From Acidobacteriota bacterium (lineage in GTDB: Bacteria > Acidobacteriota > UBA6911 > JACQSX01): 34,447 nucleotides of DNA. The translations under genes were made by a program, and so were the position numbers. Of the stretch, positions 16,816-25,787 are shown one piece after another (position 1 is the first letter of the stretch; each line of letters begins with the position of its first letter). Under the pieces are notes generated by a model. That model made no database searches, had not been told where the DNA came from, and worked only from the letters and a program-made list of their open reading frames with translations. The stretch is taken from NCBI GenBank assembly GCA_036507075.1, contig DASXQR010000045.1, positions 1 to 34,447 on the forward strand, read 5' to 3'.

Positions 16816-16852
16816 GTACTGAACGGAAAACAACTTTCCAAAAGGAGGAAAA

Positions 16853-17188
16853 ATGAAAAACACAATCCGTTTCCTTGCTTTAGCTTTGTCAGTGGCCTTG
16901 ACAACCACTGTTTTGAGCCCTGCCCTGCAGGCTCAGAAATCTTCCGCGCCAGCCGCCAAAGCGACCCGGCACGTGGAGAAGAAGGCGGCGCCCGCCGCTG
17001 CCGTCAGCATCAATTCCGGGGGCCCCGATCAACTGGCCAAACTCCCCGGGGTGGGCGACTCGACGGCCCGGCGGATCGTTGAATTTCGGTCCAAGAACGG
17101 CCCGTTCAAGCGTGTGGAGGATCTGATGGCTGTCAAAGGCATCGGCGAAAAGAAGTTTCTCAAGCTGAAGAGCCACATCACGCTTTAA
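16853..17188 (+). CDS. comEA: ComEA-family helix-hairpin-helix DNA-uptake receptor
   Basis: Signal peptide, VSINS..QLAKLPGVG..ARRIVEFR..NGPFKRVEDLMAVKGIGEK; AGGAGG RBS. Confidence 0.92.
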   Translation: MKNTIRFLALALSVALTTTVLSPALQAQKSSAPAAKATRHVEKKAAPAAAVSINSGGPDQLAKLPGVGDSTARRIVEFRSKNGPFKRVEDLMAVKGIGEKKFLKLKSHITL

Positions 17189-17200
17189 TGCGCAAAACTG

Positions 17201-17255
17201 CACCACAGAGGCACGAAGAACACAAAAGCTTTGTGATCTTTGTGTCTTTGTGGTG
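17201..17255. repeat. ACCAC-family hairpin between convergent genes; probable terminator role
   Basis: caccacagaggcacgaagaacacaaa pairs with tttgtgatctttgtgtctttgtggtg. Confidence 0.85.
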
Positions 17256-17288
17256 AGTACCGCCCAACCAGTCTTCAACCGTCATCAA

Positions 17289-17741
17289 TCAGGTTTCAGC
17301 AGGCAGAATTCGAAATCTTAACTCTCGCTTATCTTCCCCACGATCGGAAATCTCCACCCACCATCCCGAGACCGGCGGCAACTGAAGCTTGTCAGCCCAC
17401 TCCACCACCACCACGGCCTCCTGGGAGGCAATCTCGTCCATGCCGATCGACTCCAGGTCGTGCGCCGTTTCAAGACGATAAAGGTCAATGTGGTAAATCG
17501 GAAGGCGGCCGGAGTATTGATTCACCAGCGTAAAGGACGGACTGCGCACCGTGACGGATTCTGGAACATCCAGGCCGTCAACCAGCCCGCGAACGAAAGT
17601 CGTTTTGCCCGTGCCCAGGTCGCCACTGAGCATCACAAAGCAGGGTCGCCGCAGTGTTTGACCGAACCTGCGCGCCAGTTGCAGTGTTTCGGCCTCGGAT
17701 GAGGTCTCAAAAACCCCGGAATCCCATGCTGCCTGCGCCAT
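17289..17741 (-). CDS. tsaE: tRNA threonylcarbamoyladenosine biosynthesis ATPase
   Basis: Walker A GDLGTGKT, SPSFTL, HIDLYRL and VVEW; follows nnr as in many bacteria. Confidence 0.95.
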   Translation of the reverse strand: MAQAAWDSGVFETSSEAETLQLARRFGQTLRRPCFVMLSGDLGTGKTTFVRGLVDGLDVPESVTVRSPSFTLVNQYSGRLPIYHIDLYRLETAHDLESIGMDEIASQEAVVVVEWADKLQLPPVSGWWVEISDRGEDKRELRFRILPAET

Positions 17742-17752
17742 TCTTTAACGCC

Positions 17753-17962
17753 AGGGGGAGGCAGGTGGCAGGGGCGGGAGGCAGGAGGCAGAGCCTAAAC
17801 GTCTATGCCAACAGAACCTCTTGCGGAAGCAAGCGGCGGCGAAATGTGGCACTGCTCATTAACGCCGGAACAGCCCGCAGAATCCATAGGCCCTGCATCC
17901 TGCTTCCTGCTTCCTTCCTCCTGCCCTCTGCCACCTGCCACCTGCCTCCTGCCTTCCCCCCT
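17753..17962. repeat. Inverted pair of heptamer tracts around a ~100-nt spacer
   Basis: (GGCAGGN)n 17753-17793 and (CCTGCYN)n 17892-17962. Confidence 0.88.
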
Positions 17963-19550
17963 ACACCGGACCATTGGCCGCCTCATGCAATCGTGCGCGG
18001 CAGTTGAGTATTTTTGGCAGGTAACGAATGATATCCCCCGCCGTCAATGAGTGTTCGCCCAGTTCATCGCGCGCGGCATCTCCAGCGGCCCCGTGCAAAT
18101 AAACGGCCGCGGCTACCGCGTTGTGGACCGAGACAGATTTCTGTGTGGTGGAGCGCGCCACAAAGGACGCGGTAATGCCTGTTAAGACATCGCCGCTTCC
18201 GGCCGTCGCCATTCCCGGATTGCCGGTAATATTCACCCAGATTTCCCCATCGGGATCGCAGACCAGGCTGCGGAATCCTTTCAAGACGACATGGCATTCT
18301 CTTTCTTTGGCGAACCTGGCGGCGAGCTCGATACGATCGGCGAAGACCCGCTCCGTGCTTTTCTTCAGGAGCCGCGCCATCTCTCCCATGTGCGGCGTCA
18401 GAATCAAAGGCGCGCGCGATTTCCACAGACTCTTCTTCTGTGCCAGAGCGTTGAGGGCGTCCGCGTCAGCCACGATCGGAATGGGAGACCGTTCCACCAC
18501 CTCAAGGATCGCGGCCACTGCACCCGAAGTCGTTCCCAGGCCGGGACCAATAGCCAGCGTGTCGAAATCTTTCAACATAAGTAAAATCTGTTTTCCCGCC
18601 GTCGAATCGAGGTTGCCCTTTCCGGCGTCGACCAGCCCCTCGGTCATCAACTCGGGCGGAGCGGCAGCCATCAGGTCATCCTGGAGATGTGCCGGCACGG
18701 CTAGTGTGACCGCTCCCGCGCCTGCTCTCAGCGCCGCCGTGCCGGCCAAAATTGCCGCCCCTAGTTTGCCGCGCGAGCCGGCAACGATCAGGATCTTTCC
18801 GAAATCTCCTTTGTGCGAATAGGGCGGGCGCGGCCGCCGAAATGGAACTAATAATTCTTCGGTGGAGAGCGACAGGCGCGAACCCGACTTCTCCAACAGT
18901 TCCGGAGGAGTCCCGATGGACGCAATAATCAATTCGCCCACTGCGTCCGCATTTCTTCCCAGAATCATGCCCACCTTGGGAGCGGTGAAGGTGGCAGTGA
19001 TGTCAGCCCGAACGCAGGGAGTTTCTGTGGCGATATCGTCGGAGAATATGCCGGACGGAATGTCCATGGAGATAATAGGAACATCGAGAGAGTTCATTGA
19101 TTGCACGACGTAAAGCAAGAGACCCTCGAGTGGGCGGATGACTCCGGTTCCCAAAATCGCGTCCACCACACAAACAGAATTCTTAAGCACCGGCTGGAGG
19201 TCGTCCCAGTCGGATTCCGAGTGGATCTCCTGAAGGGCACACAAGTCTCGCAGCAGATCCGAATTCACCCGAGCCAGCCCGGACAGGTCCGCCGGAGAAG
19301 CTACCAGGCAGACCTGCGGATTTGCGCCCATGGCTTGCAGTTGCCGCGCCAGTTCCAGACCGTCTCCGCCATTGTTCCCTTTTCCGCACACAATGGCGAT
19401 CAACTTGTTTTTGATCGGACCATAGCGTTCGTCCAGGATCTCCAGAACTCGGCGCGCCGCATTCTCCATCAACTGGATTTGAGAAATCCCGTACTGTTCG
19501 GTCGTCAGCCGATCGACCTCATTCATTTGTGTGGCGGTGAGGATTCTCAT
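17961..19550 (-). CDS. nnr: Bifunctional NAD(P)H-hydrate epimerase/dehydratase
   Basis: LMENA, GKGNNGGDG, DIPSG, HKGDFG, GPGLG, DADAL, TPHMGEM and GSGDVL. Confidence 0.95.
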   Translation of the reverse strand: MRILTATQMNEVDRLTTEQYGISQIQLMENAARRVLEILDERYGPIKNKLIAIVCGKGNNGGDGLELARQLQAMGANPQVCLVASPADLSGLARVNSDLLRDLCALQEIHSESDWDDLQPVLKNSVCVVDAILGTGVIRPLEGLLLYVVQSMNSLDVPIISMDIPSGIFSDDIATETPCVRADITATFTAPKVGMILGRNADAVGELIIASIGTPPELLEKSGSRLSLSTEELLVPFRRPRPPYSHKGDFGKILIVAGSRGKLGAAILAGTAALRAGAGAVTLAVPAHLQDDLMAAAPPELMTEGLVDAGKGNLDSTAGKQILLMLKDFDTLAIGPGLGTTSGAVAAILEVVERSPIPIVADADALNALAQKKSLWKSRAPLILTPHMGEMARLLKKSTERVFADRIELAARFAKERECHVVLKGFRSLVCDPDGEIWVNITGNPGMATAGSGDVLTGITASFVARSTTQKSVSVHNAVAAAVYLHGAAGDAARDELGEHSLTAGDIIRYLPKILNCRARLHEAANGPV

Positions 19551-20704
19551 TTCAGTTCAGACAAAAACCGGTCGATCTCCTCTTCACTGTTGTAAAAATG
19601 AGGAGAAACCCGGACCCAGCCTTCCCTGCTGGCGACCACAATTCTTTTTTCCCAGAGAGATCGCCACAACGTGTTCGGATTCCCGCTCCAGCGAAAAGAG
19701 ACGATCCCCGATTTTTCCGAGTCAAAGTCCCTTGGTGAAAGAACCTCCAGACCTCGCGACCTGAGCTTCTCAACCAGATAGTCAGTAATCTGCAAAACCC
19801 GCCGCTCAATCAATTCCCGACTCCAGCGCCGGATGAACTGCAGCGCCGCCCGTAATCCGGCGACCCCGGGTGTGTTGGGAGTTCCCGCTTCGAAGCGAGT
19901 GCCGTCCTCGATGTATTCCAGCTTGTAATCGAGAAAGTCTGCACGGTCTTTCACCGATCGCCATCCAACCACCGGCGGCCTGAGCCGATCCCTCAACCCG
20001 GAACGGCAATAAAAAATGGCGCAGCCCTCCGGACCCATGAGCCACTTGTGTCCGTCGCCCGAAAGAAAATCTATTTTGGCCGCGCCAACATCCAGCGGGA
20101 ATACTCCCGCACCCTGGATCGCGTCGACAAAAAAATAAATGTTCCTCGCGCGGCAGAGTTCTCCCAGGGCTTCCAGATTGCAGCGGAATCCGCTCAAAAA
20201 CTGGACATAGCTTATAGCCAGCAATCGCGTTCTGGAGGTGATCCGAGATTCAATTTCATCAATTGGGATCCGGCCTGCGTTTTCCGGGACGAAATCCACG
20301 GCCACACCCCGGTCCTGGAGCTGCAACCAGGGGTAGACATTGGACGGGAACTCCACACGGGGAACAAGGACCCGGTCACCCTCCTCCCAGGGTAGGCCGG
20401 AAGCCACCACCGAGACGCCTTCTGAGGTGTTCTTCAGCAGCGAAATCTCATCCGATTGCGCGCCGATGAGCTCGGCCGCCAGACGGCGGGTCTCCGCATA
20501 CATTTTTTCCCACTCAAACCAACGGTAGGCCCCCTGGTTTTGCACCTCCTCGACCAGCCGGGTTATCGCGTTGGAAACGTCTACAGGCAAAGGAGAAACG
20601 GCTGCGTGATTGAAATAAACAAAGTTTTCCGTGACGGGAAAGCAGCGACGAATCTCGTCGATCTGTGGAGCGCCGATCTTTTCTTTTTGACGGGCGGAAA
20701 ACAT
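19547..20704 (-). CDS. Class V PLP-dependent enzyme (C-S lyase/CefD/EgtE-like)
   Basis: YFNHAAVSP, NTSEG, EFPSNVYPW, VDAIQ, DGHKWLMGPEG, RFEAGT and RVSPHFYN; ATGA overlap with nnr. Start uncertain (ORF track 20797). Confidence 0.85.
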   Translation of the reverse strand: MFSARQKEKIGAPQIDEIRRCFPVTENFVYFNHAAVSPLPVDVSNAITRLVEEVQNQGAYRWFEWEKMYAETRRLAAELIGAQSDEISLLKNTSEGVSVVASGLPWEEGDRVLVPRVEFPSNVYPWLQLQDRGVAVDFVPENAGRIPIDEIESRITSRTRLLAISYVQFLSGFRCNLEALGELCRARNIYFFVDAIQGAGVFPLDVGAAKIDFLSGDGHKWLMGPEGCAIFYCRSGLRDRLRPPVVGWRSVKDRADFLDYKLEYIEDGTRFEAGTPNTPGVAGLRAALQFIRRWSRELIERRVLQITDYLVEKLRSRGLEVLSPRDFDSEKSGIVSFRWSGNPNTLWRSLWEKRIVVASREGWVRVSPHFYNSEEEIDRFLSELK

Positions 20705-20823
20705 CGGGTCTACAATGTTTTTTGAAACACAAACCCTTTCTTTCAGTCCAACAGGAGGAGAGAAGCTCAATCTAACAGATGGTTTTGGACAAGACAAGGA
20801 AGCCAGTCAGTGGGGGTATAAAA

Positions 20824-21885
20824 ATGCGCATTCGATTCGTTGCCGTTCCGGCAGTCCTCGCCTCCTTTCTTCTCTTCTCGGCAGCCAGCCTGGCGTCGGA
20901 CCGCCGCCATGGTGACGTCGATAAGATAGGCAATCGAAACATCAATGGGCGCATCATGGGAATCCTCCCCAATATGATTTCGCTCGAAAAAGAAGTGGCG
21001 ATCGGATCGCAGCTGGCAATGCAGTTTGAGCAGACCGCCCGCCTGATTGAGGATCCGGTGATAACGGAATATGTGGATCGCGTGGGTCAGAACCTTGTCA
21101 AGAAATCCGACGCGAAGGTTCCTTTTCATATCAAAGTGGTCGATACCGATGAAGTCAACGCGTTTGCTCTTCCCGGCGGTTATTTTTATGTGAACAAAGG
21201 ACTGATCCTGGAATCGGAGAGCGAAGCTGAGCTGGCGGGCGTCATGGCGCATGAGATTTCGCATGTGGCAGCCAGACATGCAACCGAGAGGCTTTCCAAG
21301 GGACAGTACCTGCAGATGGTCGCCCTGCCCGCCATGATCCTGTTTGGACCGGCTTACGGAACGCTCGGTTCTGTGGCGCTGCAGAACGGACTGGGTCTTT
21401 CCATCGACCTGGCAATCCTTGGAATCACCCGCAAGAGCGAAGAGGAGGCCGACCAACTGGGGGTGCAGTATCTCTGGAATTCGGGATATGACACGGCCGC
21501 CTTTACCAGCTTCTTTGAAAAGCTTCTTGCCAAGGAAAAGAAAAAACCCGGTGCCTTCGCCAGCTTCCTGAGAACGCATCCGCCGCTTGACAACCGCATC
21601 CAATTCTCACAGGAGGAGGCCAGGCAGCTTCCCGGAAAGCCCGAGTACATGGTCACTTCATCGGACTATGATCGGGTCAAGGCGCGGTTGATTGCTATCG
21701 ACAACAAGCAGCTTCTGCCGAGCGGAGGCGGCAAATCAAGCACCGGCAAACCGCAGTTAAAGCGCAAGACTCAGACAGGCGAACCGGACGACAAGCCCAC
21801 TTTGAAGCGTAAGCCCACGCTTAAAAAGGACACGCCACCCGACGAGCCGGACAAGAATCCTCCAAGTTCTCCGCCGCCCCAATAA
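20824..21885 (+). CDS. M48-family zinc metallopeptidase (BepA/YfgC-like), exported
   Basis: VNAFALPGG, ELAGVMAHEISH, EEEADQLG and LRTHP; signal peptide from ATG 20824. Confidence 0.92.
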   Translation: MRIRFVAVPAVLASFLLFSAASLASDRRHGDVDKIGNRNINGRIMGILPNMISLEKEVAIGSQLAMQFEQTARLIEDPVITEYVDRVGQNLVKKSDAKVPFHIKVVDTDEVNAFALPGGYFYVNKGLILESESEAELAGVMAHEISHVAARHATERLSKGQYLQMVALPAMILFGPAYGTLGSVALQNGLGLSIDLAILGITRKSEEEADQLGVQYLWNSGYDTAAFTSFFEKLLAKEKKKPGAFASFLRTHPPLDNRIQFSQEEARQLPGKPEYMVTSSDYDRVKARLIAIDNKQLLPSGGGKSSTGKPQLKRKTQTGEPDDKPTLKRKPTLKKDTPPDEPDKNPPSSPPPQ

Positions 21886-22168
21886 GGCGGAAGGCAGTAG
21901 GCGGAAGGCAGTTAGGCAGTGGGCACACCAGCCGAACCGCGCGCGAGCGGACCCTCCCAGGTAACGGTGTTACTTGTAAACTCTCGGCCTTCCAGGCCAA
22001 ACTTTCGGCATGCACAGCCAGTAGTGTTACTTTGGAGTGTCCGCTTGCTGACGCGCGCGGTTCGGCTGGCACCGATTCCTGCTTCCTGCCTTCCGCCTAC
22101 TGCCTCCTGCCTCCTGCCTTCCGCCTTCCGCCTTCTGCCTTCCGCCTTCCGCTTCCTGCCTTCCGCCC
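21886..22168. repeat. Heptamer-tract pair enclosing a REP-like inverted pair
   Basis: (GGCRGWA)n 21886-21920; perfect 18-bp IR ccagccgaaccgcgcgcg at 21928-21945 / 22052-22069; (CCTTCYG)n 22077-22168. Confidence 0.9.
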
Positions 22169-22174
22169 TCCAAC

Positions 22175-22298
22175 TGTCCGGTTTCGAAAATCTCCGATGT
22201 CAAAAGCGGACATCCGGACACATGTCCGCTATTCTTAAACCAAATAGTTTATCTTTGACAGTACTTTAGCTCCAGCCCTCTGTGGCATAATAGTTGCT
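22175..22298 (+). promoter_or_regulatory. Putative sigma54 promoter with upstream activator sites
   Basis: TGGCAT-AATAG-TTGCT at 22283-22298 (GG-N10-GC); TGTC-N7-GAAA 22175-22189 and TGTC-N7-GACA 22198-22212; IHF-like aaccaaatagttt 22238-22250. Confidence 0.65.
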
Positions 22299-22479
22299 TT
22301 TCCATGGAACCGGGATAAACATGGTCTGGTTTCGATTTAAGCGACGACCAACATCACGCCGGTCGAGTCTAAATAGCTGGTGAATGAAACATTTGCGTCC
22401 CTGCTTCCGTATTGTTAACCAACGCTTCGCTGGAACTTGGTTTTGTTTGCTTTGGAAAAGTCTTTTAGAGGAAAGGAAT

Positions 22480-24252
22480 ATGCTACGGAAAATGACTATC
22501 TACCTTGTGCTCCTGTCGGCCTTTTCGATTCCAGGAATGCTGGCACAGTCTGAAAAACCTCAGCAAACTCCGACTCCTGCCGTCTCGAGCAAGTCGGAAC
22601 TGCCGATTGTGACAACGCAATCCTACGTCGAGCGTGCGCGCAAGTCAGGAGCGGTGCTGGAACTGAGCCTCAAAGACGCCATCAAGATGGCCCTTACCAA
22701 CAACCTGGAAATCGCCATTCAAGACTTTAACGAGAACATCAACGAGAAGCGCTACATCGGCATCAAGGGCTTCTATGATCCAAAGCTCTCGCTCGAGGGT
22801 GGATGGGTGAAGAGCACCAATCCCACCGGTTCGGTGCTGACTGCCGGATTAGGACAAAGTACATTCTCGCGAAAGAACTTCTTCTGGGACACGTCGATCT
22901 TACAGAATTTGCCGTGGGGAGCTGCTTACAGTGTCGTTTGGAACTCCAGCAGGACCAGGACCAACAGCCAGTTCTCCACCATCAATCCCCAGTACAACTC
23001 GAATTTTACGTTGAACTTCACCCAGCCTCTGTTGCGCGGGTTTGAAAGAACCCAGACTCGCCGCCTGCTTGAACTCACCAACCTGGACACTCAGTTGAAC
23101 CAAAGCCAGTTCGAACAGAAAGTGGCCGACGTAGTGAAGCAGGTGCACGATGTTTACTGGGAACTGGTGTACGCGATCCGGAACCACGACATACAGCGAC
23201 AATCCATGGAACTGGCGCGGATCCAGTATGAGAACAACCGGAAACGCGTTGAAATCGGAACGCTGGCTCCTATTGAAATCACCATCGCACGCGCCGAAGT
23301 GGCCACGCGCGAGCAGACGATGATTGCGTCCGAGGAAGGCATCAGCAACTCGCAGAACAGCCTGAAGAGACTGCTGGCAGAAGATCCAAAATCCAGCGTG
23401 TGGAACGTGACTCTGCTCCCCACAGACGAGCCCACCTTCATCAATTACAAGGTAAATCTGGACGAATCGATCCAAAAGGCTATCCAGAACAGGCCCGAAA
23501 TCGATCAGATGAAGTTGCAGATAAAGCGCAATGATGTCGACGAGAAGTTTTATCGCCAGGAAGGCAAGTGGAAAGTCGATCTGATCGCCAGCTACGGCAC
23601 TACCGGACTTTCCGGCGCGGCATTCCGAGATCGTCGAATAGACACCAACGGAGATGGCGTCCCGGACACCGTTGTCGGCCGCGAGCCGGACCCGAATTCA
23701 CCTTTCTTTGGAGCTCTCGGCCCGCTCTATGGTCAGATCTTCGGCAATGATTATCGAACCTACACGACCAGCGTGCGCGTCGAGATTCCTCTACGCAACC
23801 GGGAGAACGAGATGCAGTTGGCCCAGCTTTACCTGCAGGAAAAGCAGCTCGTCTCGAGCGTAAAGAACGTCGAGCAGTTGATCATGGTCGACGTGCGCAA
23901 TGCCGCCGAATCGATTGAAACAAACCGCAAGCGTGTTGAGACCGCAACACTGGCGCGCGAACTGTCCGAAGAACAGCTCGAGGGAGAGACCAAGCGTTTT
24001 CAAGCCGGACTGAGCACGAACTTTGTGGTGCTCCAATACCAGCGCGATCTTGCCGAGGGCCAATTACGCGAATTGCGAGCGCTGATTGACTATCGAAAGG
24101 CGATTACCGCGCTTGAGAAGGCGACCTATACGATTCTCTCAAGCAATGATGTGATCGCCGCCAAGCAGGCAAACGCAAACAAGGTAGAAGGACCGGCGGA
24201 AAAGAAACCCAGCGGCACATCCGCGCCGCCGGATAAGAAGAACAACAGGTAA
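22480..24252 (+). CDS. TolC-family outer-membrane channel
   Basis: LSLKDAIKMALTNN, FTQPLLRG, VYWELV, RVEIGTLAP, NRPEI, VEIPLRNR and RFQAGLST; signal peptide; AGGA RBS before ATG 22480. Confidence 0.9.
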   Translation: MLRKMTIYLVLLSAFSIPGMLAQSEKPQQTPTPAVSSKSELPIVTTQSYVERARKSGAVLELSLKDAIKMALTNNLEIAIQDFNENINEKRYIGIKGFYDPKLSLEGGWVKSTNPTGSVLTAGLGQSTFSRKNFFWDTSILQNLPWGAAYSVVWNSSRTRTNSQFSTINPQYNSNFTLNFTQPLLRGFERTQTRRLLELTNLDTQLNQSQFEQKVADVVKQVHDVYWELVYAIRNHDIQRQSMELARIQYENNRKRVEIGTLAPIEITIARAEVATREQTMIASEEGISNSQNSLKRLLAEDPKSSVWNVTLLPTDEPTFINYKVNLDESIQKAIQNRPEIDQMKLQIKRNDVDEKFYRQEGKWKVDLIASYGTTGLSGAAFRDRRIDTNGDGVPDTVVGREPDPNSPFFGALGPLYGQIFGNDYRTYTTSVRVEIPLRNRENEMQLAQLYLQEKQLVSSVKNVEQLIMVDVRNAAESIETNRKRVETATLARELSEEQLEGETKRFQAGLSTNFVVLQYQRDLAEGQLRELRALIDYRKAITALEKATYTILSSNDVIAAKQANANKVEGPAEKKPSGTSAPPDKKNNR

Positions 24253-24255
24253 CTC

Positions 24256-24727
24256 CGGAAAGCGGAAGGCGGAAAGCAGAAGGCAGAAAGCAGGAGGCAG
24301 GAGGCAGAAAGCAGGAAGCAGGAGGCAGGAGGCAGGAGGCAGGAGGCAAGATGCAGAAAGCGGGAGCAGAGGCGGTACGTGGGTTACCGGGAACGGTGCG
24401 GTTGCTGACGGGAATGTTGCCCAAACCGGAGACAGAGTGGAGACGGCTACATTATGTTTACCGCAGAGCCGCAAGAACGCAAAGTTTCGCTGAGGGCGTG
24501 ATGAAACTCTGCGGAAACGCGGCGTTCTTTGCGGCTCTGCGGTAAATGTAAAGTGTCCGTCTCGGCCGGCTTTCATTTGGACAACACGCTCTGACCCGTG
24601 CGGCTCGGCTGGTGATGGACTGCCTCCTGCCTCCTGCTTCCTGCTTCCTGCCCCCTGCCCCCTGCCCCCTGCCTCCTGCCCCCTGCCTCCCGCTTTCCGC
24701 TTTCCGCTTTCAGCCTTCCGCTTTCCG
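24256..24727. repeat. Heptamer-tract pair enclosing an ACCGC hairpin and a REP remnant
   Basis: About 16 purine-rich heptamers 24256-24373; perfect 18-bp IR 24457-24474 / 24529-24546; gcggctcggctgg near 24600-24612; about 15 pyrimidine-rich heptamers 24620-24727. Confidence 0.92.
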
Positions 24728-24756
24728 TAATTCGTGGCATAATGCGCAGCCACAAT

Positions 24757-25587
24757 ATGTTCACCCCTGTCGCTATCTTCCTGCTGGGCCTGATCATTGG
24801 AAGCTTCCTGAACGTGGTGATCTCGCGGGTACCGGTTGAGCAGTCCGTTGTCACACCTCGAAGCCGCTGCCCCCAGTGCTCCACTCCGATCGCCTTTTAT
24901 GACAATATTCCATTGCTCAGCTACGCGTTATTGGTCGGAAGATGCCGGCACTGCAAGGCACCCATTTCCGCCGTCTACCCGATTGTGGAGCTTTTGACGG
25001 GTGCCTGTTTTCTCGCCGCCTTCCTGAAATTCGGCATGACCGCCTCCTTTGTTCTCAACTCCGCTTTCTTCGCGGCGCTGGTGGCCTTGGTATTCATCGA
25101 TCTGGAGCACCGACTCCTGCCCGACGTCATCACGCTTCCGATGATTCTGGGAGGCTTGCTTTTTTCCTACTTTCAGGATCCCGCCATTATGAAGTCAACG
25201 CTGTTGGAGCGATTATTCTCCCTGCAGATGCCCTGGCAGCGGATCGCTGTCCACGCCACGCAGAGTCTCCTCGGAATTCTTCTCGGGGGCGGATCGCTCT
25301 GGCTGGTCGCGTTTTTGTACCTGAAGTACCGCAACATTGAAGGCATGGGCATGGGTGACGTAAAGCTGATGGCGGCAGTGGGCGCCTTCGTCGGCTGGAG
25401 CTATGCGATGCTGACAATCTTCCTCGGCTCCCTTTTTGGAGCCGTCATCAGCACCGCTTACATTGCCTGGACTGGAAAGGGTGCCCGCTACGAGCTCCCC
25501 TTCGGCACCTTCCTGGGACTGGCCGCCATTGCCAGCACTCTTTGGGGAAACGACATAATCCTCTGGTATTTGAAGCTCACGCGTTAA
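24757..25587 (+). CDS. pilD: Prepilin peptidase/N-methyltransferase (A24)
   Basis: GSFLNVVI.R, CPQC and CRHC zinc pairs, DNIPLLSY, FIDLEH, GMGDVKL and LPFGTFL. Confidence 0.95.
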   Translation: MFTPVAIFLLGLIIGSFLNVVISRVPVEQSVVTPRSRCPQCSTPIAFYDNIPLLSYALLVGRCRHCKAPISAVYPIVELLTGACFLAAFLKFGMTASFVLNSAFFAALVALVFIDLEHRLLPDVITLPMILGGLLFSYFQDPAIMKSTLLERLFSLQMPWQRIAVHATQSLLGILLGGGSLWLVAFLYLKYRNIEGMGMGDVKLMAAVGAFVGWSYAMLTIFLGSLFGAVISTAYIAWTGKGARYELPFGTFLGLAAIASTLWGNDIILWYLKLTR

Positions 25588-25610
25588 GGGATTACGCTCC
25601 ACTCCAGGAC

Positions 25611-25730
25611 CGTGGACACGCGATACATGGCGTCTGGGAAGGGCGCGATAAATCGCGCCCGCGCCGCTTTGCGGCGCTTTGGACGCGACATGTCGCGTCC
25701 AACTCAGACGCGGCATGCCGCGTCTCTACG
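25611..25730. repeat. Cluster of REP-like palindromes
   Basis: gggcgcgat-aa-atcgcgccc, gcgccgc-ttt-gcggcgc, the perfect 24-mer ttggacgcgacatgtcgcgtccaa, and agacgcggcatgccgcgtct followed by CTAC (GTAG foot on the minus strand). Confidence 0.88.
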
Positions 25731-25787
25731 GCGGAAAATACTCAACGTCCACAGCTTGCAAAGTTTTTTCATCCCACACGAAAAAAG

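Noticed and set aside
20767..21603. 278-aa minus-strand ORF; likewise 16237-17082 on the + strand
   Set aside because: They overlap well-supported genes (M48 peptidase; bshC/comEA) and show no protein-like motifs.
22255..22291. Sigma70 promoter TTGACA...CATAAT
   Set aside because: The spacer is 25 nt, too long; the sigma54 reading fits better.
24104..24884. ORFs with LLPPAS/GRRQEA repeats (also near 10565-11259, 17654-18050, 21919-22269 and 28369-28886)
   Set aside because: Translations of stop-free heptamer tracts, not proteins.
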